Shown piece by piece: positions 22,814 through 33,458 of a stretch of DNA of 33,458 bases. This DNA is from Octopus sinensis (Eukaryota). Within the stretch, counting starts at the first letter, position 1. Each line of letters starts with the position of its first letter. The notes beneath the pieces are model-generated. The model was given only the letters and a program-made list of their open reading frames with translations, searched no databases and had not been told where the DNA came from. The stretch spans positions 1 to 33,458 of the forward strand of contig NW_021832086.1 of the NCBI RefSeq assembly GCF_006345805.1. The letters run 5' to 3'. The position numbers were made by a program, and so were the translations under genes.

Positions 22814-23394
22814 AAATATACATATATACACATATATATACATGTGTGTATGTGTGTCTATGTGTATGTATGTATGCAAACCTCAAATGGGAGTAATATG
22901 GCCAAATATTTTTTTCTTTCTCATGGAACCAAGCGTTTCTTATAGATGTTTTCGTTTTTGCTGCAGAGTAATAACACTTAACGTATTAATTCTCCGTTAT
23001 ATAATGACGTCGCTTAATCAACGGACACCTTTTAAACACAAGAACTATAAAAGCGAATGCAATAACAGCATCACCGAAAAACAGTAGCAAATAAAAGCGG
23101 CAACAACGAAAATCACAGCATTGACAAAGAAAGCGGGAACGGAAATGAAGCGGTTAAAAAATACAAATTCAGCATTTCTTCATTCTAAACCAGAGAAAAA
23201 TTCAAACGACATTAAAGAAAACTGCCAAAGAAAACAAACAAACAAGCAAAACAAATTGTACTCTTCGCCATAACAGAATATTTCGACATTTTTATTTTTT
23301 TTCCCACATGACATATTACCACCACCGACGTCTCCATCATCGACGTCTTTAGAAACTGGCGTAAAGACCATCCGCACGAACATCACCACCGACA

Positions 23395-23648
23395 ACTACA
23401 CTAACAACAAAAACAATTACCACGGGAAAAAACAACAACAACAACAACAATAACAGTAGCAGCAACAACAACAACAATAGCGGCAGCAGCACTAGCGAAA
23501 AATGACAACATCAGCACAAACAAAAATTGATAGTAAAAACAACATTGACAACAACTACAGCAGAAACAATAATAACAACAGCGACATCAGCAACAACGAC
23601 AATAATAAAAATGGCATTAATGATCAGATGATCACTATGATGACTATG

Positions 23649-23692
<44 letters not shown>

Positions 23693-23796
23693 GGTGGCGG
23701 CGGTGGTGTGGTGGCGGTGGTGGTGGTGATGATGATGATGATGAGGAGGATGATGATGATGATTATGATTATGATGATGATGGCGACGATGATGAC

Positions 23797-23836
<40 letters not shown>

Positions 23837-24059
23837 TTGATGATGATGATGGTGGTGGTGGTGGTGGTGGTTGTGGTGGTGGCGGCGGTGGTGGTGATGA
23901 GGATGATGATGGTGATGATGTTGATGATGATGGTGGTGGTGGTGGTGGTGGTGGTGGTGGCGGCGTTGTGGTGATGATGATGGTGATGATGATGATAATG
24001 ATGATGATTATGATTATGATGATGATGGCGACGATGATGACGATGATGATGATGATGAT
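23395..24059. repeat. (AAC)n then (GAT)n/(GGT)n array with higher-order duplication
   Basis: Variant string gattatgattatgatgatgatggcgacgatgatgacgatgat occurs at 23761 and 24006. Confidence 0.93.
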
Positions 24060-25261
24060 CTTGACACTTACGAAGAGTATTTTAAGAAGGGGAATGGTCG
24101 GTATTATTAACATCTGTTCTTACACTCGTGCACAATTTCGACCCCGTAAAAATAAAGGGCAAAATTGATCTGGTATTCTCATACCATTGGTATCAATAGA
24201 CTCTATGGTGTGTCCCATGAGGTGGAGTTTATCAGTGTTGGATATACCTGGGCGGATAGCCCTTATACCAATTGATAAAGTCTCTATCAAGATTTTTGCT
24301 TAATCACTGGTTTTCTATCGAGTTTGCAAGACTTCCCAAGAATTTTAACTTTCATCTGAGTAACAAGAAATATTATCATCTCAAATCTATCGTTTGCTGC
24401 TATTATTTCTTCGTTTATAGAAGTGGAATATTCTGATTAGCAACGGTAGTAATTTTTCGCGAATTTAGTGGATAGTGCCACGTCAATTTCATCATCGTTT
24501 TTTTTTTGTTTGCATATCACTTGCTTCATAGAATTAAAGACCTGTCTTATTGTTTGTGTAGAAGGTCAGTTTTATGAAATGTACGTACCACATGGCCTCT
24601 TTCGCCATAAGAAGATAGGAAAGCTGTATTCTAGGCCAAAGGGTGTCGGTAGGGCGTTGATTACGATATACACAGCCACACAGTACTAAGTAGGCCAGGA
24701 ATTTGTAGAAGACAAATGGAAAGTTTTCTGAACGAGGATGACTGTACATTTTTCATCACGCGAAGGAAATACTGCTCAGCATTTCACCTGGCATGCTAAT
24801 GATTCTGACAGCTCCCTGTCTTAATAATAATAAGCATCGGGCAGTGGCTCTGATTGCTTCTGCTCTAACTGAAGATAACTGTCGAAGCGCTCAGAATGTC
24901 AAAGTGTTAGTTGAAACTTTATTCAAATTCGTACGCAACACGTATTGAGAAGAGGTTTGTCGCTGACAGAACGATCAACATCCTTGTAAATAACACCATT
25001 TTATATAATTTTTTATTTTATTTTGTAAATGAACACTACGCTGAGGTATCCTTTTTTTAATGGACTATCAATATTTACAATTAGAAACTTTTTTCATCAA
25101 AATCAAGAGGATATTCTGAAAGAAATAAAAAAAAAATTGAAGAAGAAGAAAACAAATAACAACAACAAGAACAACAATAATAATAGTTACAATAACAACA
25201 ACAGCAGCAGCAGCAACAACAACGACAACAACAACAATAATAATAATAACTGATTGGAAGT

Positions 25262-25747
25262 GTTATTATGTACATTGTTTTGTCTTGCTCTAAAAGACGG
25301 CCTACTGCTCAATAACACAGATTTGCTTGTCAGTTGTCTGACCTTCATTTGTTGAGTACGTCTCTTAGTGGCTGCTGATATGTGCATCTCTGATCCCAAG
25401 CAGAATTTGTGGGGGAGCACCATAGTCATGTGTTCAAGGAATTCTTTTGGGGGTTTGGATAAACCACCTTTGGAAATATGGGTGTTTCGTTCAACATACT
25501 TAAATAACCCATATTCAGGGACCGTCTGAGGGTGATGGGCTATTCTACATGAAGAAAATTGTAACAGGGTCCCACCTGGAAGGTTATGCACTGTTTATCT
25601 TGATATGCAATCACCATGTCTTGCACATATGGTTGTGATGCATGTGCCTGGTGTACCCTTATCAAACGGGTAGTCATGATCGGTATACTGGGTTTCGTAT
25701 ATTTTACCCCAGTGTCACTTTGATTGCATGCACTGTTCTCTCACTCA

Positions 25748-25748
<1 letters not shown>
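25262..25748 (+). mobile_element. Complex-sequence island, probably the 3' part of a retroposon ending in a (TAA)n tail
   Basis: About 490 bp of higher-GC complex sequence between two AAT/AAC arrays, ending ctctcactcagTAATAATAA. I recall this terminus as a dispersed octopus repeat but cannot verify it here. Confidence 0.55.
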
Positions 25749-25808
<60 letters not shown>

Positions 25809-25859
25809 TTATAATAATGATAATAATAATGATAATAATAATAATAATATTAAAAATAA

Positions 25860-25901
<42 letters not shown>

Positions 25902-25935
25902 TATTAATAATAATATAATAATAATAATGATAACA

Positions 25936-25983
<48 letters not shown>

Positions 25984-26051
25984 TAATGATGATAATAAAT
26001 TAATATAGTAATAATAATAATATATAATAATAATATAATAATAAGATGATG

Positions 26052-26089
<38 letters not shown>

Positions 26090-26107
26090 TAATAATAATA
26101 ATAATAA
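25749..26107. repeat. (AAT)n array
   Basis: Seen directly. Confidence 0.97.
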
Positions 26108-28614
26108 CGGAAGTATATATTAAAGAGGAAGCGAAGCTCAAGGAGATGCGGACCAAATGTACGAGAAAAATATGCGGGGAATCGCATTCTTGTAGATGAA
26201 ATTAAAACTCAGACAGACTGGTATGAAGCGTAAAAATAAAAAGATATATTACAAGAAAGATTAGATGGAAAAGACGAAAATAATGATGAAGATGAGGAGA
26301 GGAGGGACATTGGGGAAGAAACCATTGGGGGAGAGGAAGGGAAAAAATACAATCGATAAATATATTTGCAAGATGGGGATGTTGAGGCGAACGTGATATT
26401 TTCTAGCTCATTTAAACGCTTTAAGCTGCTACAGAACTATTAAGAGAGTGACAAAGCCCTTTGACGTGTGTGTGTGTATAAGTTATTTCTTTTAATATTT
26501 TTTGTAGTATTTTATTAATAAACTCAGCCAAACAAAAAAAAAAAGGAACAACAATAATCATGTTCTCAAACATTGGAACATACAGTAAAACAGCAGCAAG
26601 AAGGAAATAATTAACAATGTAAGACGGAGGAACGAAGATATAAAACCAAATCTATTTCGTGGAAATCATGAAATGGCATGATTATGTATGTGTGTGTCAG
26701 TGTATCCATGTACATGTATCAACACATATTCATACTTGTATACATACATATACATACATTTCATTACGCACATATGCGTACGTATATATATATGGACATA
26801 CACATATAAATATATATACAAGATATATATATATATCTACACACACATACATATACATAAACTTATACACACATATATACATAGACTTATATATACATAT
26901 ATATATATATATATTGTCATGTATTTAAGCGTATATATATTATTTTATATACGCACGCTCACACCAACATACACACTCACACACAAACAAACACATATTT
27001 TTTATACATACACATTACTTTATATATCATTAACAAAAAACCACTAACGAGTGGATGTGAAACAAAAAAAATAACACAAAACAAATAAAATTTAGTTTTG
27101 CGACTAATGGTTTGTTTCTGTTCGCCACTTGGGAAACTAATCAATGCGATTTCACTAATTAGTGTTGGCTCAAGAAGCACGGTTCGTCCGATTGCTCTCA
27201 TTCGCTCTGTCAAGCAATATCCACCATGATGCTTCTTTCTTCTCTTTTTTGTTTTTTTTTTCTTTTTCCCTGTTACATTTGTAACTTTTGTAAAAATTGA
27301 GCTATGTCTTTGGTTTCTCTTAATGATGCTGGTTATTGTTATTGGCGTCGAAACAAACTATTGTTCTTATTGCTATTTAAACTGTCTTAATAATAATAAT
27401 AATAATTTGTTATTGTTGTTGTTGTTGTTATTATTATTATTAGTATTATTAATGTTGTTTGGTATCGGAAATATGAAAAACATTTTCGATTTTGTTTAAT
27501 TTTTGCATAGCATCTTTTTTTGTCTTATTTTATAATGAAATCGATACACTTGACAGAATTGTAGAACTGGTAAAAATAACAAGAATACAAGTTATAATGA
27601 TGGAGGCAAAAGTTGTTTTATACGCCGCCATGTATTTACCGTTGCCATTTTGATTATTATCGTTTTTTGTCCTTCTTTCCATTTTTTAAAAAATATTTCT
27701 CCTGTATTCCATGAAGTATTTTACCTCTCAATTTACTGATACATTTTTCTTTCTGTATTTATATATATATATAAACCCTCACCGATCGACGAATACACAC
27801 ACAGAAAACACTCAAACCATTGCATCTTTGTATTATTTGATTTGCTTCGGTTAGTAGACTGTTACCATGCCAATGCCCCGATTTTAAGGGCCACAATACA
27901 TCACATTGATTCTAGTACTTATTGGAGATAGTTATATATCTTATATCGATCTCCTTTGAATAACGTTTCGTTAAACCAGAATACGGATACATGCGCAAAC
28001 ACTCACAAATAGTCCCTGGGTATATACTATACGCTTACACACTTAACCATGCTACCGTTAATATATATATTTATAGGGAATATATATTTATTATCATGTT
28101 GAACAGAATATCTTATTGTTTTTATTTTTACGTTCTTATTTCAACTTCAGCGTTACGTTTTGTCCTCTTGAGGTAGACATCTTAATAACATTACGAGATT
28201 AAGAGGGTGAAATTCTTTGAGCGTCTGATTGAGCATAATGCTACACTTTGCGTTCTATTTGTGAAGCGAGGCGACAATAGCTATGACCTGCACACGAGAT
28301 TGGTGCATGTTCACTCTTTCGTAATCTACGCACGTGCAAAAACAGGGAAGAAGAACACACGGAGATGCAGTCTTTTCGTTTCAAAATGTCACATGACACA
28401 AAAACATCTCAAACCGAATAATATGACAAAAAAGACATACGAGGGGAACGTATGTGATCAATCAGGAGATCATTTTAGATTTTAAAGAAGAAATAGATCA
28501 CTCTTGTTGTGCTCGTAGCTCAGATTTAATTATGTTATTTTCTTTAGTTGTTTGACATATATATGTGCGCGTGTGTGCATATATATAGTGCTTTCAAATC
28601 CAAATTATGAAATG

Positions 28615-28677
28615 CTGAGCCTGACGAAAGAAATGTCGAGTTTTAATTCGACTAATCTAGAAACGTGAGCGTTCTCA
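28615..28677 (+). ncRNA. Hammerhead-ribozyme-like motif, degenerate
   Basis: CTGACGA (28621-28627), long stem II (aga/tct plus gtcgag/ttcgac), GAAAC (28660-28664), stem III ACG-tgag-CGT, triplet GTT; stem I TGAG/CTCA is offset by one base. Confidence 0.45.
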
Positions 28678-28954
28678 AATAATCTTTGTACATGTGATAT
28701 TTTGGTGTTTTCCTACGTGAATTATTTTTGAGTAAACACTATCTGGAAGACTCTTCTTAAAGTAGTAGAAATGGCTAAAAAAACTTTTTGGCTGCTATTT
28801 CTAAAACTTTCAGTATGTGGCAAAGTAAATTATTTTACTGAGCCCTAATTATATAACGTAATATTTTGAATACGCCTTGAATGGTCCTTTTACATACTGA
28901 ACACTACTTGGTGAAATTAATTAATAATTAATTGATTTTACCCTTAATCATTGA

Positions 28955-28955
28955 C

Positions 28956-29041
<86 letters not shown>

Positions 29042-29314
29042 TGTGTGTTTGTGCGTATTTATATATATGCGTATATAGATATGCACGTTTATGTATATGT
29101 ATATATCAATCTCTCTGATATATATACTATGTGCTTGCATAGCGAGTGATTTGATCTGAGATTGTGTGCTGGAACGAAAACAATTGCAGCCTGGAAGGTG
29201 TTTATAAGCCATTTAAGAAACACACAAAAACTGTTAGATTCACTTCAACATTTAAATTTAATTTGTCAAAATATTTTCGTCGCTTTGAGACCGCGACCTG
29301 TTCACTAACAAAAC

Positions 29315-29376
<62 letters not shown>

Positions 29377-29527
29377 GAATTAAGGATAAAAACTGTATTT
29401 GATTTGATCAGATAGTCAGCATCTAATAACAATTTCGGTAAAAAATAAATGGCTGTGTTTTTACCTTAATTAATAATTACATTTTGACTAACTGATAAAA
29501 TGAAATATAGATTTTATCGTTAATTAA

Positions 29528-29616
<89 letters not shown>
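28955..29616. repeat. Cluster of (AT)n and (GT)n microsatellites separated by AT-rich sequence
   Basis: Runs at 28955-29110, 29319-29371 and 29530-29616. Confidence 0.9.
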
Positions 29617-29618
<2 letters not shown>

Positions 29619-29699
29619 AACAAAAATCATTCGCTGCTGAATTATTTGATTATTAACATGTGCTGAGATAAACGAATGCGATTTTTGAATTGTGATTTG

Positions 29700-29950
29700 T
29701 GTACAAGTGTGGAAATTTGTACATCCACTGCGGAAGCATCGTGTTTCTGATGTACGTGGGTCTGTTTATGATTATAAGTAGGTTGTGAAGAAAACAGATT
29801 TTCTCCGTCATTCCAAAGTCAGATGATCCATAGCTGAACTTATTCATGAATCTTTTCGCTTATTTCCTCGCTTTCAATGCCATTAGGCATCTTCTTTTAG
29901 CATGTGGTTTGGCCTGTTGTAAGATTCGCTTCTGCCCTTAACTTGGTTTA
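29700..29950 (-). mobile_element. Possible very old LINE endonuclease-RT linker relic
   Basis: GSSDF(W)-like and PT/LII-like words resemble the CR1 linker; frameshifted. Confidence 0.2.
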
Positions 29951-29975
29951 ATAAATGTACTTATATATGATATAT

Positions 29976-30036
<61 letters not shown>

Positions 30037-30282
30037 GCATGTGTGTATTTATACATACACACACACACACACACACAATGCACACATCTAACACATCTAG
30101 ATATGTATCTGTCACCTCTCATAAGCTCGTACTCCTAGCGTTCATAATAATTTTTCTATCGCCTTGGCTTAAAAGCCCTCACCGTTTGTTTTTATTGTTT
30201 TGTTTTCAGTGTTCTGTTCTTGTTACCACTTTCACCCTCCGCAAAAAAACCAAATTTTATTTAATTTGCTTTGCGGGAAGGG

Positions 30283-30400
30283 CTGTTTCATCGAGGCCGC
30301 GTATTGTCATTGCCTTCGTAGCGCGAAGTAGATGAAACAGGGACAGCTGATGAAGGGAATATTCTTTATGTTGCATGTTACTTTTGATTGTTTGTTTTTT
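30283..30400 (+). repeat. Dispersed repeat with a decayed hammerhead-like fold; inverted homologue at about 30850-30935
   Basis: Perfect 10-bp inverted repeat ctgtttcatc/gatgaaacag. gtagatgaaac..ctga(t/a)gaaggg is shared with the minus strand at 30875-30920. Confidence 0.5.
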
Positions 30401-30479
30401 TTCGTTGCTCGTAAAAAAGTTCGTTTTCTATGTTTTTGTTTTTATGATTTCGTTTGTCATTATGTTCAAGGTTTTTTTG

Positions 30480-30603
30480 TCCTGTACCTATATGTGCATG
30501 TATATATACATATATATGTAGGTATGTACATATAAGTATGTATACATGCATATATTCATATATTATTTATATTATTACATACATACACACACATATATAT
30601 GTA

Positions 30604-30657
<54 letters not shown>

Positions 30658-30678
30658 ATATTAATATATATATATATA

Positions 30679-30722
<44 letters not shown>

Positions 30723-30770
30723 TAATAAATAAAACATATGCATATATATATATACATATATGTACGTACC
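30480..30770. repeat. (AT)n-rich microsatellite tract
   Basis: Seen directly. Confidence 0.93.
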
Positions 30771-31299
30771 ACCTCTACAATGAGAAACGAAAACATAGAC
30801 ACAAACCCAAGGAACTGGACATTTTTCTTAAACAACAAAAAAATAGAGTACAGGACAAAGAACACAAGTAAAAAACCCCTTCTTCAGTCGCCATGGTTTC
30901 ATCTACTCTACGTTTCGAAGGTGAAGGCGATCAACGCTCACTCATACACATACATGCATGTATGTATGCATGCATGTATGCGTATGCATATATAGGTTGA
31001 TAAATTTAGAAACTGATTTGGCTCGGAAATATTCTTAACGGTTGCTGTGAGAATTGTTATACAAGTAAACATGCTTTATTTGCTTTCAGCGTGAAAACCC
31101 TATACTATTTCGCAATATTGAGATATAGTAATGATGGCTAGTTCTAACCTATTTCCTCTACTTCATTTTATGTTCTTCATATCAATATTGAATAACACGT
31201 CGTGTAAATCTACTAGTTACGTCTTGATATTTTTTGCTTCCAACAAGGTAGAATGCTTGTATTTTTAGTAAATACATGATCAGCCAAAAAACTGTGATA

Positions 31300-31500
31300 A
31301 TTCTCGGCGTAAGCTCTACCATGTGGAACAGCTAATGGGGAAAGATAAAGCTGTTTTATGCCAAAGCAAATTTTCCATAATTCATTGAACGGCCAAACTG
31401 CCAGTGTTGAAGTCTCTTGGGGTAATAATACACGACGAAGTGGAAAAACTCTGAATAATTATTTAGAGAAGATGGCACTCTTCCAGTGTTCCATTGAGCC
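31300..31500 (+). mobile_element. Possible decayed RTE-type LINE ORF2 C-terminal relic
   Basis: YHVEQLMGKD then, after a frameshift, MPKQIFHNSLNG, resembling the RTE GHVxRMxxxRxPKQIxYGELxxG motif. Confidence 0.35.
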
Positions 31501-32044
31501 AATGAACACTTCTCATAGAGTAGATGCTAATTTTCTGCTTATCAATGATTAGGAGAACTAAAAAATTGGTTTTGCAAATGCAACTAAGCGTCTAAACCCT
31601 TAGAAATCATAACAAAAGCTTTGTTGATATAGGGTACGACGAGTAATATCTTATCTCTATTGTCACTCTGTGACAATAAATTTTGATATACTGTGAAATT
31701 TCTCCGTGAGCTTCGAGTTTCTTTCTCAATTAAACGTGCTAGGGTAAGTTTCCACCTTGACACTGGTGTTCCAACATTTTATTAGTTACTGTATTTTTCG
31801 ATACTTGAAACATTCCAGCAGTTTCTGTGACTAACGCACCAGTCATCTGCGCTCTAACAGTTTATCCTCTTACAAAATCGATAAGTCACGCATTCTGACT
31901 TATTTGACTGTAAACATCTGCAAAATAAAAATGAAAACAACTGCATATGAATAGACATATAGAGACTAGAATCAATCTGAATTTGTCATACGGTCAATAA
32001 AATTGCAGTATGCGCACACGCGCGTGTGTGTCTGCAGAGAGAGG

Positions 32045-32219
32045 TTGATAAATAGATGAATAGTTAGATAGATACATAGATAGACAGAAAGATAGATAGA
32101 TGAGTAGAGAGAAAGGCGGAGAGACAGATAGATAGATACATAGACAGACAGACAGGCAGACAGACAGACAGAGAGACAGACAGATAGATAGATAGATAGA
32201 TAGATAGATAAATAGATAC

Positions 32220-32270
<51 letters not shown>

Positions 32271-32283
32271 TAGATAGACAGAT

Positions 32284-32348
<65 letters not shown>
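32045..32348. repeat. (GATA)n/(GACA)n tetranucleotide array
   Basis: Seen directly. Confidence 0.96.
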
Positions 32349-32349
<1 letters not shown>

Positions 32350-32404
32350 GTTATGTATGTATGTACGTATGTATATATATATGTGTATGTATGTGTATAT
32401 GTGT

Positions 32405-33015
32405 GTGTCTGTGTTTGTCCTCCCAACATCGCTTGATATCTGGTGCTGGTGAGTTTAAGTCCTCGTAACTTAGCAGTTCGGCAAAAAGAGACAGATAGAA
32501 TAAGTACTAGGCTGACAATGAATAAATCTTCGGGTTGATTTGCTCGACTAAAGGCAGTGCTCCAGCATGGCTACAGTCAAATGTCTGAAACAAGTGGAAG
32601 CACTCCGTCGGTTACGACGATGAGGGTTCCAGTTGATCCGAATCAACGGAACAGCCTGCTCGTGAAATTAACGTGTAAGTGGCTGAGCACTCCACAGACA
32701 CGTGCACCCTTAACGTAGTTCTCGGGGAGATTCAGCGTGACATAGAGAGTGACAAGGCCGGCCCTTTGAAATACAGATACAACAGAAACAGGAAGAAAGA
32801 GTGAGAGAAAGAGTGGTGAAAGAGTACAGCAGGGATCACCACCATTCCCTGCCGGAGCCTCGTGGAGCTTTTAGGTGTTTTCGCTCAATAAACACTCACA
32901 ACGTTCGGTCTGGGAATCGAAACCGCGATACTACGACCGCGAGTCCGCTGCCATAACCACTGGGCCATTGCACCTCCACTCTGAAACAAGTAAAAGAGTA
33001 AAGACTAAAGAGTGG
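32405..33015 (+). mobile_element. 3' unit of a family A SINE (head absent), interrupted by SINE E
   Basis: tgtttgtcc..gatagaataagtactagg..gtgctccagcatggctacagtc..tctgaaacaagt, then the insertion, then tctgaaacaagtaaaagagtaaag. Confidence 0.88.
32596..32979 (-). mobile_element. Family E tRNA-derived SINE, full length, nested in SINE A with a 12-bp TSD
   Basis: Minus-strand head GTGGAGGTGCAATGGCCCAGTGG (A box) and GGTTTCGATTCC (B box); TSD TCTGAAACAAGT at 32584-32595 and 32980-32991. Confidence 0.92.
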
Positions 33016-33458
33016 TTGTTCGAAGTTTTTAATGAGAGGGAACGAAGTACGAGAACTTCAAGAGAAATCTTAGAAATAATGAACCAATAGAAGACGAAGG
33101 AATGTTTTATTTAAGCGTGTGATTTGTAGGAGGAAATGCATGAGTTATGCAAATCTGGCCAGCCGTTAAAGGAGCCAAAGACATCAGTCCCTTGTGAATT
33201 GTTATAGGGCTATCGTTCGCAACCGAACATGTGCAACATGCAGAATAGTGTGCTGTTCAGTTGGAGGATTAAAAGGATGGGAAAAGACTTCATATTTTGG
33301 AACGTTTCTTCTGCCAGTATGCAGAAGTCTGCATTGAGCAGTAATTTGTGCAAATACGTGGCAGAGCTCAAGCGTTACATAAGAGCTTCACATTGCGTTA
33401 TCAATGACTCTTTTCATTGATTATTTCTAGCAATGGCTTTGTCCGTATAAAAGAATGC

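Noticed and set aside
25187-25591. Minus ORF with KGGLSKPPKEF, loosely like the P-element transposase C-terminal GGLxxPS motif, with possible splice sites at 25575 and 25343
   Set aside because: Similarity is confined to one short word, the acceptor lacks a pyrimidine tract, and the ORF C-terminus is microsatellite. An open frame of about 110 codons is expected by chance in a window this size, and the segment is better explained as a + strand retroposon tail. A tBLASTn/HHpred search would settle it.
28207-28485. 92-aa ORF in complex sequence
   Set aside because: GTG start, no recognisable motif, no convincing splice signals; length within the chance range.
31658-31678. 9-bp perfect inverted repeat tattgtcac-tct-gtgacaata
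   Set aside because: Isolated and AT-rich with no associated element; a nearby strong donor (31745) has no open upstream exon.

Overview
This is AT-rich, non-coding animal genomic DNA, probably intronic or intergenic, with very dense microsatellites ((AT)n, (GT)n, (ATAC)n, (GATA)n, (AAT)n, (GAT)n, (AAC)n) and many transposon remnants. The SINE families and microsatellite load best fit an octopus (cephalopod) genome; this is recognition from memory, not a database result. I find no intact host protein-coding gene, and almost all ORF-track entries are translations of simple repeats. Supported elements: at least four tRNA-derived SINE families (one composite with an internal microsatellite, one nested in another SINE with a 12-bp TSD), 3' fragments of CR1/L2-type LINEs, an R4/Dong-like RT fragment abutting a (TAA)n array, a complete 366-bp non-autonomous Helitron, a mariner internal-deletion derivative, and a 420-bp TIR element with a 6-bp TSD and internal (CCCTAA)3. 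The least expected signal is a set of dispersed, partly decayed type I hammerhead-ribozyme-like motifs of the kind carried by Penelope-like elements. Two weak candidate exons (one decayed, one 36-nt) are flagged as speculative. I see no evidence for a novel protein-coding system.
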